Source: Candidatus Woesearchaeota archaeon
GTDB lineage: Archaea > Nanobdellota > Nanobdellia > Woesearchaeales > GW2011-AR9
NCBI GenBank assembly: GCA_018676855.1
Contig: JABHDY010000003.1
Span: 445,907 to 509,906, forward strand
Reading direction: 5' to 3'
Length of the DNA: 64,000 nucleotides
The notes under the pieces are model-generated. The model saw only the letters and a program-made list of their open reading frames with translations. It was not told the origin of the DNA and made no database searches. Shown here piece by piece: positions 8,898 through 18,417 of the stretch (positions within the stretch are counted from its first letter, which is position 1; the number at the start of each line of letters is the position of its first letter). Made by a program: the position numbers and the translations under genes.

Positions 8898-11800
8898 TCA
8901 TGTTTCATCTTGTTCTTCAATACGTAACTTAGACGTTAACTGTGGCCAGAAGAAATCTAATACTCCCGTTCCGGACTGTTCAACAATAGCTTCAAATCGT
9001 TGCGTACCAGTACTATCTTTTTCACAGGCCCACTTTTCTGGTAATATTGGCGGTGAAACAGCTTCTAAAGGAATGTTCCATCTTACAGGAGTATCTTCTT
9101 CAACATAATCGCATAACGGTGACGTAAACCCGTCAAATTCTGCAACAAGACGTTGTTTTTTCCGTTGATTGTCTGTAGGCGATCCCTCTTGTTTTTCTAA
9201 ATTACGTATTTCACGAATTGCTTTCACTTCAAACGCATCGTTCTTTAACACATACAAATGGTTAAAGTTCTTAGCTTCGTCAATAAATCCATCTAAACTT
9301 TCAAATTCATTATTTGTAAAAAAATCTGTAAAAAAGTTTTTCACGTTGTCCCACGTTGACGGAACAAGGTTAAACTGTTCTTTACCATACACAAGTGCGT
9401 CAAGATCCTTTGAGTACCATATGTCTGCATCCACACCAAGATCGCAACGAGAAAATTCTTCACCGTCAGCACATTCATCAAGTTGTTCAGGTTCAATGCC
9501 TAACGTGGAAAGGAAACTTGCGGTTGCAACTTTAGTTTCATCTTTATCGGTTTTGAAAGAGTTAAGAGATGTAGCAAACACAACTTTATTTTCACCGCCA
9601 TCCTTGTATCGTACAACACAAACGTTGTTCACGCACGTATTTTCTTTTGTGTCAAGTAATGTAGAATCAACTTTTGAAAAACATGTTGGGTCAGTAACTG
9701 GCGAAGATTCTAATAACTCAACGCCTTCATCAGAAGGTATAGTTTCGGTTACACCATCACCACGGAAATATTGTATTGGAGAATTTGGAAGAGTTTCATC
9801 GTACGGTCCACACGCAATCGTATACTCATCTTTTGCATCTACAAAATCTAAAAATTCTGACGCTATACGTTTTGTCCGAGTTGTCCAACTACCATCTTCA
9901 CAGTAATGGTCAAACACATATTCCGTATTGCCAATACATTGTGGAAGATTTCCTTCCGTATAAAACTCTTCAGTTGATTCTCCATAATTATCACCGGTAT
10001 AAACAAAACAACCGTCGTCCTGTGGACAGAAACCCCAATCACTTTCGTACCAATCAGTTTTAACGTCAGCTTCATTCCACGAACCGTCGATACACCTATA
10101 TGTTCTATCATCAAGAACTTCTACCATGTAGGGATCATCATTCATCGGTTCAACACACGCATATCCGTTCCAACAGAAGTTTGTGGGACAACATGCAATG
10201 CCTGATCGGAAATCGTTTGGAAGTAATTCTTCTTTATTTGAAACGTCAACATCATAATAATCTAACGGTTCTCCATCAACTATTTGTAACATTGGTTTTT
10301 CGACAAAATCTCCTTGTGGAACAGCAATATCACCCCTTCCAGCAATACCAACAGTATCATCACTTGAGCTAGTAAATTCGAGAATAATATATGCAGTATC
10401 TTCAGTATTGATCTCAGCACCGCTAGAAGCTTCTTGTGGACCTTCTTCTGACGTTCCATCATTCATTACTAATGTATATGTGGCTTTAACGTTAAGTCCG
10501 TCATATGTAAAATATAATTTATCTCCAGACACAGGAATCTTTTCTGAACGAAGAGTTTCAGTAGATGTAAGAAAAACTTTTCCCATATCCTCTAGATTTA
10601 ATCCAATATCGTCAAGGAATACATTATCTCTTAAAACCATTCTTGAATCGAACATGTCCCAATGATGAATTGTATCTGAATTTTCAGCATTAAAATCTGC
10701 ATTTGGAATAATGTTTCGTGCAGGTATTGATTTTGTAGGGGGTGTTGTGTCCCTTGATAGTTCTTCACCATTTTCATCTAAAGTAACAGTTTCAAAATCT
10801 TCTGGAGGTATTTCTTCTCCTTCTGTTTCTTTTAAAGGTTTAAGCGAAAGGACAACATCTTCAACCGTATTAGGATTATCAACATCAGCGTAACCACCGT
10901 ACGTGATACCTTCTGAGGTCCATTCGTTTACAGTTACAAATCCTTCTTTTCCTTCCTCTTTATTATACACGCTTGGAGAACAGATAAAACTTTCTTCTCC
11001 ACTTTTCTTAACAGCACAATGTTCAACATTGTCAAAATCTGTACCAAGAGAAGTACTTCCTTCTAAATCAGGTGTTAAACATCCAAAAAATTTATTTTTA
11101 CCTCTCTCATCAGTACCATACAATATTTGTTGAGGAACTTTCTTTGCAATAATGTTTCCCGGATTGTCAAATGTTTGACCTTCTTCATTCGTAATTAATA
11201 CTTCTATTGGTTCACCTTCATCATCACTAGACACAAAGTATAAATCATACAAGTATGGATGTTTATTTGTTATTGTGTATGGAAATGTTCCTGGTAATGG
11301 GTAGGTGCATGTGTCTGATTTGCAGGAGTATTTTATGTTAAAAGGCGTTTCTAAAGAATTTCCAGGAATAAAACTAAATGGATTAAGTTTTTGTGCTTGT
11401 ATTTTAAATGATGAAGCGTAATTGGATAAATCCTGACTTGATATCTCTTTATATAATCCTAAATCAATATCATTACTTATATCAAATAATCTATTTACGT
11501 CCAGATCATTATTCTGTTTTAGTGCAATATATATCCCATTGTCAAAAAAATCTCCATATAATAAATACCCCGAATCACAATAATCATTGCCTAAATGTTG
11601 CTCGCATAATATACATCTTTGAGTAATCTCTGGAAATTTATCTTCAAGATCATGTGTATTTTTGCATGAAAAATCTGTAGGAAAAGTTAATGTTGTTTCA
11701 TCAAGGAATTGTTGTATTTGATCTTTAATACTTATTGTATATATGTCTGGTGAGGAAAACTCTTGAGTAATCTTATATGTTCTTGTTGGTTCATGATAAA

Positions 11801-14213
11801 CTGTCTTTATACCAAAAATTTGATTAATATTACTAAAAGTAAGACTATATCTTCTCTTTAATTTTATAATTATATCACTTGTATAAGAATCCGTTTTTAT
11901 AAAAGAAGGAACCATACTTGTTCCATCAAATTCAACATCCATTATTCTTCCACTAGGTGCTACAATTTCAGAATTCCAACAACCATATTCTCCTTCCTCA
12001 CCAACAAAATTATCATTCTTTCCGTCACCACAACAACCATGATCTTCAGACCATGCATTTCCACCAACAACACTTTGAAAATCAGTAATGTCATCAATAC
12101 CAGAATCATAAAAAGCATTACAAATATAATCTGCTTCAGAATCATCAGAGGGTATCCATACAGAGGGATTATCATTACTTTTACCTGAACAAAAAAGTGT
12201 TGGTTCGGAATTTGTTAAATATACATTTTGTATTTCAATTGTATTTTTAATAATGTCATTATTTGAGGATGGAGATATTACAATCTTATCAACTCGCGTT
12301 AGATCATTAATGGGAATAGAAACGTGTATCCACTTACGTTGAAGATTCTCTTCATTTATTTCGCTTTCCAATAGAGGACTATTTGATGATGACCATAAAA
12401 CATTTCTTTTTAGAAGAGGAAGGTACTCTGAGTTGGACAAAGTAGTATCTTTAGCTAAAAATTCAACAGTAACATCTGCAGGAAGAGTTAATTCTTCATC
12501 AATAAAACGTACCATAAATTCTAAGTTTGTATATCCAGTAAAATCAAAAGTGTAATCTTCCCCATAATATTGTGTATATTGTTCATTTTGTTCGTTTGAA
12601 GAATCAATAATCCAATATTTATCGATAAGACTAGGATTTGGAAAGGAGTATAACGCTTCACCATACATTCTTCCTTTAATTGTATCTTTATTTACTCCAG
12701 GAACAGTACTACTCTCGGAAGCAGCATCTGATGGAACACATTCTGTCCAAGACCAATGTTTTCCCTCTTGATAACAATAAAAACGATTGCTCTTTTGAAA
12801 ATATTCTGGATTTCCTTCAGCTTTTTCTAAAGGGCCGGGAGTGGAACATTTTTTCCATTTTTTTCCATTAGAAACTATATCATAAGGAAACTGTTCTTTA
12901 TGTATAGTCATAATTGAATGTGATATTGTTTGGGCATCAATCCAACACCAATCGGTTTCACAACCTGTTTGGGCATCAATCCAACACCGATCGGTTTCAC
13001 AACCAAAAAAAGGGTTATTGTTCCCTTCTGATTCTTTATTGTATCCCACAAACCATTCTTCATCCTCTACTTTATCTTTCCTTAAACAAACAAATTGTCT
13101 GTCTTCACTATAAGTTTCAAAATCTTCAAAACCATTATTACCACAACACCCATTTCCTATAATATTTTCATCGTAGTCAAAAGAAGTTCCATCGTCTAAA
13201 CCTATATTACATACATCTTCGTTCTGATCTGCATAATCCGAATCAATTCCACAGCCTAAAACTTTTTTTACGTTTGTTTCACAGATTTCGTCACCAGCAC
13301 AACCTAAAAGTGTATCATAACCAATAACATTATCATCTATACTATTAGAACACATATCGTGCCACTTCCAAACTCCATCATTGTCTTTATCAGCATTATC
13401 AATTGATGAATCTGCATAAATAAAATGAGAATCATAACCTTCACCATTATCATTATTATTTTCTGAAATAAAAATAAGTTTAGGATATACTTCTAAAGAT
13501 TGATCATTACCTATATCATTATCAAGAACCATTACAATAACATTCCATCCCTGTGAAAAATAAAATGGATTTTCTGTTTTCCCACTATTTGAATCATAAT
13601 TTTTTTTCCTTCCAATAGAAACTTCTTTACAAGATGATAAATCATTGTTACATGTTGCATGAATAAATGACAAATCGTCATCACTATCTAAAACATTAAA
13701 ATTCTTAATATAAATATCTTCACCTTCGTCAGGTAAAACGTATGTCCAAATAATAAATGCTTGAAGAGTATCCCCGTTAAAAAGGTCTTCTATTCCGCTA
13801 CCTGTATGATATCTAGAACTAAATGGAGGATAAAAATCGTTAAAAAAATATTTTCTCTGATTTCCACTAATAAAATTATCGTAATTATTTAATATTTTAT
13901 AAAACTGTATTTCGTTTCCATATTTTGAATTTACTTCGCTTTGAAATTCATCATTTTTTAGTTTATAAAATGATTCCCACTCTAAAATAAAAGGGTCATC
14001 GTCTTCAACATTAAAAACATAACGGTCATCGTCATCGTTTGGAAAGTTAGCATGCGTCCAATAAAAATCGTCTTTTAATACACTTCCCGGTATAAAATAA
14101 TTTAAAACAAGTGAATCTCTTGTATCTTCATCAACACCAATTCCAGCAAAACTTAAGAGGACTACAAATAGAACCATCACTACAACTACTAACAACCCTC
14201 TTTTTTGTACCAT
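8898..14213 (-). CDS. Giant secreted Cys-rich surface protein (1771 aa)
   Basis: Single uninterrupted ORF. N-terminal signal MVQKRGLLVVVVMVLFVVLLSFAGIG; many Cys pairs; internal 13-aa tandem duplication GCETDRCWIDAQT/GCETDWCWIDAQT. Confidence 0.65.
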   Translation of the reverse strand: MVQKRGLLVVVVMVLFVVLLSFAGIGVDEDTRDSLVLNYFIPGSVLKDDFYWTHANFPNDDDDRYVFNVEDDDPFILEWESFYKLKNDEFQSEVNSKYGNEIQFYKILNNYDNFISGNQRKYFFNDFYPPFSSRYHTGSGIEDLFNGDTLQAFIIWTYVLPDEGEDIYIKNFNVLDSDDDLSFIHATCNNDLSSCKEVSIGRKKNYDSNSGKTENPFYFSQGWNVIVMVLDNDIGNDQSLEVYPKLIFISENNNDNGEGYDSHFIYADSSIDNADKDNDGVWKWHDMCSNSIDDNVIGYDTLLGCAGDEICETNVKKVLGCGIDSDYADQNEDVCNIGLDDGTSFDYDENIIGNGCCGNNGFEDFETYSEDRQFVCLRKDKVEDEEWFVGYNKESEGNNNPFFGCETDRCWIDAQTGCETDWCWIDAQTISHSIMTIHKEQFPYDIVSNGKKWKKCSTPGPLEKAEGNPEYFQKSNRFYCYQEGKHWSWTECVPSDAASESSTVPGVNKDTIKGRMYGEALYSFPNPSLIDKYWIIDSSNEQNEQYTQYYGEDYTFDFTGYTNLEFMVRFIDEELTLPADVTVEFLAKDTTLSNSEYLPLLKRNVLWSSSNSPLLESEINEENLQRKWIHVSIPINDLTRVDKIVISPSSNNDIIKNTIEIQNVYLTNSEPTLFCSGKSNDNPSVWIPSDDSEADYICNAFYDSGIDDITDFQSVVGGNAWSEDHGCCGDGKNDNFVGEEGEYGCWNSEIVAPSGRIMDVEFDGTSMVPSFIKTDSYTSDIIIKLKRRYSLTFSNINQIFGIKTVYHEPTRTYKITQEFSSPDIYTISIKDQIQQFLDETTLTFPTDFSCKNTHDLEDKFPEITQRCILCEQHLGNDYCDSGYLLYGDFFDNGIYIALKQNNDLDVNRLFDISNDIDLGLYKEISSQDLSNYASSFKIQAQKLNPFSFIPGNSLETPFNIKYSCKSDTCTYPLPGTFPYTITNKHPYLYDLYFVSSDDEGEPIEVLITNEEGQTFDNPGNIIAKKVPQQILYGTDERGKNKFFGCLTPDLEGSTSLGTDFDNVEHCAVKKSGEESFICSPSVYNKEEGKEGFVTVNEWTSEGITYGGYADVDNPNTVEDVVLSLKPLKETEGEEIPPEDFETVTLDENGEELSRDTTPPTKSIPARNIIPNADFNAENSDTIHHWDMFDSRMVLRDNVFLDDIGLNLEDMGKVFLTSTETLRSEKIPVSGDKLYFTYDGLNVKATYTLVMNDGTSEEGPQEASSGAEINTEDTAYIILEFTSSSDDTVGIAGRGDIAVPQGDFVEKPMLQIVDGEPLDYYDVDVSNKEELLPNDFRSGIACCPTNFCWNGYACVEPMNDDPYMVEVLDDRTYRCIDGSWNEADVKTDWYESDWGFCPQDDGCFVYTGDNYGESTEEFYTEGNLPQCIGNTEYVFDHYCEDGSWTTRTKRIASEFLDFVDAKDEYTIACGPYDETLPNSPIQYFRGDGVTETIPSDEGVELLESSPVTDPTCFSKVDSTLLDTKENTCVNNVCVVRYKDGGENKVVFATSLNSFKTDKDETKVATASFLSTLGIEPEQLDECADGEEFSRCDLGVDADIWYSKDLDALVYGKEQFNLVPSTWDNVKNFFTDFFTNNEFESLDGFIDEAKNFNHLYVLKNDAFEVKAIREIRNLEKQEGSPTDNQRKKQRLVAEFDGFTSPLCDYVEEDTPVRWNIPLEAVSPPILPEKWACEKDSTGTQRFEAIVEQSGTGVLDFFWPQLTSKLRIEEQDET

Positions 14214-14258
14214 TATACTTATTAAAAAACAATTCTTTATTATTTATAAACTTACCGA

Positions 14259-14810
14259 CTACATATCAAAACAACTTTTGTTCATACCGCCAAGTACTTT
14301 CCAGAAAGAATACAAATCTTTCATAGAACGTAACTCAGATTCAGTAATAGCGAAGGAACCAAACACCATTTTTACTTTATATTTTGTACACAATTTAATA
14401 TTAAACATCATACGTGCTAATAATTTTGATTTTTCTGTAGAATGTAATATATCAGAAAATGAAAATGCAATTATCTTACCTTTTGAAGCAGCAATTTTGC
14501 ACAAAACTTGATCCAACCCGCCACGAACAAAATGAACACTATCTTTAGGATTAATAAATTCCATCCCGTACACAACATTAACAGGTGTTTTCTCTAACGC
14601 GAAACGTAATAATTCTTCTGTTGAAGGTTTAAATATAATGACCTTTCCCTGCGCCTTTTTACTTTTCGTTAACAACTCTTTCTTTGTATCTGCTTTAATC
14701 AACACAATATCTTGATCAAACAATGTTATGGTAAAACCTAACGTTTTACTCAGTTCTTTAACAGATTCATTTTTTTTTAGTAATGTAAGATTTAACATTA
14801 TACAAAACAA
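14259..14810 (-). CDS. rnp3: RNase P protein component 3 (Rpp30-like TIM-barrel)
   Basis: Length and C-terminal half (IIAFSFSDILHST..EKSKLLARMMFNIKLCTKYKVKMVFGSFA) resemble archaeal Rpp30 (LGFSLRPLL...[29 protein letters not shown]), recalled from memory. Confidence 0.5.
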   Translation of the reverse strand: MFCIMLNLTLLKKNESVKELSKTLGFTITLFDQDIVLIKADTKKELLTKSKKAQGKVIIFKPSTEELLRFALEKTPVNVVYGMEFINPKDSVHFVRGGLDQVLCKIAASKGKIIAFSFSDILHSTEKSKLLARMMFNIKLCTKYKVKMVFGSFAITESELRSMKDLYSFWKVLGGMNKSCFDM

Positions 14811-14912
14811 AACTGTGCTGATTTAAATAATTTATTACTTAGTAGGAAATATTTATAAAAAACAAACACAAAAATGGTATAACCTGCCTTATTTGGAGAC
14901 GGGAACGAAATA

Positions 14913-15899
14913 ATGGGATGTACAGAAAGATCAACAAAAATAGAACCTACGAAAGATTCTATAGATTGTAATATATGTAAAAAAAAGTCAGTTATTACCT
15001 TACAACACGGTTCTTTATGCAAAACACATTTTATACGATTTTTTGAAGATAAAGTGTTCAAAACTATTAATAAATATAGGTTAATTGAACGTGATGATAT
15101 TATTTGTGTAGCTGCATCTGGTGGTAAAGATTCTACTGCTGCTTTATATTTAACAAAAAAATATTTTGAAAAGTATAAACTACCAGTACAAAATTTCTTT
15201 GCATTACTTATCAATGAAGGTATTGTGTTACATAGAGACGATTCCCTCCGAAATTTAGAAACGTTTTGTAAAGATGAAGATATTTCGTTAGACATAGTTA
15301 ATGTAAAGGACAATTTTCAAACAACAATTGACGCAGCAGCCCCACGATTAAGAGAATTAGGAAAAAAGCCGTGTACAGTATGTGGAATATGGAGGCGGTA
15401 CATCCTTAACAAGCACGCGCGTGAACGTGGCGCGACAAAACTCATCACTGGTCACAATTTGGATGATGAAGCACAATCAACAATGATGAACGTCTTTAAA
15501 GCAAATACAACGCTTACAGCGAACCTAGGACCAATAAGTGGTGTACAAAGCCACAAACTTTTTGTTCAAAGAATCAAACCATTATTTTTCTGTACAAATG
15601 AAGAAGTTGAAGTGTACACACAATTAAAGGGATGGACATTAGATTATTGTGATTGTATTTATGCTGAGGAGGGATACCGTTCACACGTAAAAAAAATGTT
15701 GAACGAATTTGAAAAAAAATTTCCGGGAACAAAACAAGGAATTATTAAATCGTATTTGGAACTTATTCCGTTAATAAAAGATAATTTGATTAAGGAAAAA
15801 AGGCGCGGTACAATTAAGTTATGTACGGAATGTGGCGAACCTGCAAACCAAAAAGTATGTAATGCGTGTAAAATTCTTACAAGTTTGAAAACTGTATAA
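14913..15899 (+). CDS. tRNA 2-thiolation PP-loop ATPase (TtuA/Ncs6/TtcA family)
   Basis: PP-loop SGGKDS (VAASGGKDSTAA), N- and C-terminal CxxC Zn-finger pairs (CNICKK...C..H; CTECGE...CNAC). Confidence 0.7.
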   Translation: MGCTERSTKIEPTKDSIDCNICKKKSVITLQHGSLCKTHFIRFFEDKVFKTINKYRLIERDDIICVAASGGKDSTAALYLTKKYFEKYKLPVQNFFALLINEGIVLHRDDSLRNLETFCKDEDISLDIVNVKDNFQTTIDAAAPRLRELGKKPCTVCGIWRRYILNKHARERGATKLITGHNLDDEAQSTMMNVFKANTTLTANLGPISGVQSHKLFVQRIKPLFFCTNEEVEVYTQLKGWTLDYCDCIYAEEGYRSHVKKMLNEFEKKFPGTKQGIIKSYLELIPLIKDNLIKEKRRGTIKLCTECGEPANQKVCNACKILTSLKTV

Positions 15900-16698
15900 A
15901 CGATTTTGTAATATCTTTTGTATCAAATCCAATTAATGGTCTTAAAATAAGCAATTCTGTTGTATGTTTTTTTAAATTGTCAAACGTTTCGCCAATAACC
16001 ATTGCCAAAATGTTTTTTGTGTGAGCAAACGTATCAATTTCGTGTTGATTTGTAAAAATGTGTAATGTTAATGGTACTGGACAGAACTGTTGTAACAATG
16101 TAATGTCATGTTTTTTTGATGCAACGGGAAAAATTGACATACCACGTTTCATCATTAATAATGCAGCAAGAACGTCTGCATCAGATTCTATTAATGTAAC
16201 AACATTTCCACCTGTTCCTACGGGAAGGCCGCCAAAACATTTGATAACGTCCGTAAAAAGGTACGCTCCACCTTGATTAATTTCTATACGAAGTATTGTA
16301 TCTGGTTTTGTTAAATCAAACGTTGCATTTGTATGCTTTTCAATATACTTTCCAACTTCAATGTTTAGTTTAGGAGAGGGAGTTTTAAAAGTTTTATCTG
16401 ACCGTTTGGTTTCAACACGAAATGTTCCATTAGAAACAAGTTTAACAGCCATTTCTTGTATTTTTGTAGTATCTTTTTCTGTTCGTACAGCTGGAGAATA
16501 CGATACAATGCCAAATATTCGTTTCAATTCTGTATGATCATTAAAGTAAGGGAGGATTGATCGTCCTCGCAATTTTGTTATATCTTTAATCTTACAAATT
16601 TTCTTCACATTATGAACTAACGTCTTTTCAAAGAATGCTTGATTCTTTCCTTTTAAAAATAGTTCTCCATAGCGAAGGATAATATGTGTTAGTTCCAT
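15877..16698 (-). CDS. ThiI-like THUMP-domain protein with degenerate, truncated PP-loop domain
   Basis: N-terminus MELTHIILRYGELFLKGKNQ matches the ThiI N-terminus. The region aligning to the ThiI PP-loop LLSGGIDSPVAAYLMMKRG reads TLIESDADVLAALLMMKRG (SGG to ESD). Only about 100 aa follow. Confidence 0.55.
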   Translation of the reverse strand: MELTHIILRYGELFLKGKNQAFFEKTLVHNVKKICKIKDITKLRGRSILPYFNDHTELKRIFGIVSYSPAVRTEKDTTKIQEMAVKLVSNGTFRVETKRSDKTFKTPSPKLNIEVGKYIEKHTNATFDLTKPDTILRIEINQGGAYLFTDVIKCFGGLPVGTGGNVVTLIESDADVLAALLMMKRGMSIFPVASKKHDITLLQQFCPVPLTLHIFTNQHEIDTFAHTKNILAMVIGETFDNLKKHTTELLILRPLIGFDTKDITKSFIQFSNL

Positions 16699-16975
16699 AT
16701 ATATACTGAAGAAGTGTGATTTAAAAATGTATTGTGTTATTTTTATGATTTAAAAAATTCTATTTATGTGAATAATACGCCTAAAATAATTCCAGATATT
16801 ATTTGTGGGAGTGTTCTTATGAGTATAGTACCAATTGTGCGTTTAAGTTTTCGTTTCATTTTTAGTAATTATTGTAATGTGACGACGAAACAACATATTT
16901 TTAATATTTAACTTTACCCTGCATATGCAGGAATAATCACAAAGTTTAAATAAAAACATAAACAAAAACCTAAAA

Positions 16976-17629
16976 ATGTGGCTCGCAAAATTCAAAATCA
17001 AACACAAAACGTGTCGTTTAACACCAAATTGTGTCAAGTTTAAAGTAACTGATAATATTTATCTTCTCAATTCATGGGAGGAATGTAATACCTTTAATTA
17101 TACAGAACTTCATTTTTTACAGGGGAAAGAGGAAAATAAAAAAAAGTTCATTAACCAAATTAAGAAAGACAAATCGTTCAAAAAAATTGATGTAGAGGGA
17201 GATCAAATTATTACGTTAAACTCACTTCCAAAAAAAAAGAATGAGTATAAACCGGCATTTAATCCTCAACTTATTTTCGTGAAACCATGGATGGTTCGTT
17301 CTGATGGATTTGAATATTGGGAAGTGTCCTGTTGGAATAAAAAGCCATTGATGGACATAATAACTATACCCGATTTTGATGTAGAAATAAAATCTATGAA
17401 GCGTATAAAAATGGTTGATTTTTTCATACCACAACTTCATCCTAAATTATCTCTAAAACAGAAAGAAGCGATAGAATTAGCTGTGAAGGAGGGATATTAT
17501 AACTTTCCACGAACAATTGATTTAGAAAAATTGGCAGCAATATCAAAAGTGAAAAGGCAAACATATCAGGAGAATCTTAGAAGAGCAGAAAAGAAGCTTG
17601 TTCCTTTCTTAACAGAAAACATCAATTAA
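16976..17629 (+). CDS. Transcriptional regulator with C-terminal HTH_10 (Bat-type) DNA-binding domain
   Basis: C-terminal LSLKQKEAIELAVKEGYYNFPRTIDLEKLAAISKVKRQTYQENLRRAEKKL matches the HTH_10 signature (..Q.e.L..A...GYfd.PR...l.elA..lgis.st..e.LRrAe.kl). Confidence 0.6.
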   Translation: MWLAKFKIKHKTCRLTPNCVKFKVTDNIYLLNSWEECNTFNYTELHFLQGKEENKKKFINQIKKDKSFKKIDVEGDQIITLNSLPKKKNEYKPAFNPQLIFVKPWMVRSDGFEYWEVSCWNKKPLMDIITIPDFDVEIKSMKRIKMVDFFIPQLHPKLSLKQKEAIELAVKEGYYNFPRTIDLEKLAAISKVKRQTYQENLRRAEKKLVPFLTENIN

Positions 17630-17702
17630 CCCATTTATAAAGGGAACATTTAAATACTCCCTTATCGTTTATAAAGGAAATAGGCGTTATGGGGGATAAT
17701 TT

Positions 17703-18305
17703 ATGGCAGCTGCAAATATTAAAAAAGAAACTAAAAATCCTAAAAAAGGAACTAAAGGATGGGGAAGGAAAGAAATTAGAATAGTTAATATCGTTGTTTC
17801 TACGGGACTTGAGAAGGACATTCCATTAGAAAAAATGGCTGCTACTCTGCCAAATACTGAATATAATCCTGAACAGTTTCCTGGGTTAGTATTGCGAATT
17901 AAAGAACCTAAAACGTCTGCACTTATCTTCAGTTCAGGAAAGGTTGTATGTACCGGTGCACGAACACTTGAAGATGTTGACAGAAGCATTCAGAGTATCA
18001 TAAAGAGCCTTAAAAAGCTTAATATTGTTGTTACAATTAAACCAGAGATAACTGTACAAAACATTGTTGCGTCTGGAAGTATAGGAATGGACCTTAATCT
18101 TAACGTATTAGGTATAAAATTGCCAAATACTGAGTATGAACCGGAACAATTTCCTGGGTTAGTACATAAGTTGAAAGGAACAAATGCAACATTCTTATTG
18201 TTTAGTAATGGAAAGATTGTGTGTACGGGAACAAAAACTGAGCAGCAAGTTCATGACGCAACTGATAAGTTGATTGAAAATCTTAAAAAAGTCTTACTAA
18301 AATAA
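17703..18305 (+). CDS. tbp: TATA-box binding protein
   Basis: Two direct repeats (IVNIVVSTGL...LPNTEYNPEQFPGLVLRIKEPKTSALIFSSGKVVCTGA / IQNIVASGSI...LPNTEYEPEQFPGLVHKLKGTNATFLLFSNGKIVCTGT), typical of TBP. Confidence 0.85.
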   Translation: MAAANIKKETKNPKKGTKGWGRKEIRIVNIVVSTGLEKDIPLEKMAATLPNTEYNPEQFPGLVLRIKEPKTSALIFSSGKVVCTGARTLEDVDRSIQSIIKSLKKLNIVVTIKPEITVQNIVASGSIGMDLNLNVLGIKLPNTEYEPEQFPGLVHKLKGTNATFLLFSNGKIVCTGTKTEQQVHDATDKLIENLKKVLLK

Positions 18306-18417
18306 GATTTTTACTTTTTTTTCTTTACTCTTTTTATATACATGAATAAGTACCCAAATCTTTAAATATACATTTATTCTTGAGTTTTTTGGGAGAAAAA
18401 CAAGGTGGTACTGTTAT

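Noticed and set aside
9169-9906. 245-aa plus-strand ORF, and many other ORFs of 60 to 150 aa (for example 474..770, 5121..5354, 8147..8395, 9776..10063, 10408..10665, 19401..19658, 26624..26917, 40351..40971, 53111..53560, 56176..56496, 58021..58563)
   Set aside because: All lie antisense to or out of frame within long, well-supported genes. They are Ser/Leu/low-complexity-rich translations typical of shadow ORFs in AT-rich DNA
12914-13162. 82-aa ORF with repeated FGHQSNT.RFHN peptide
   Set aside because: It is the antisense image of the 39-nt tandem duplication inside the giant minus-strand gene
17687-17989. 100-aa minus-strand ORF
   Set aside because: Antisense to the well-supported tbp gene
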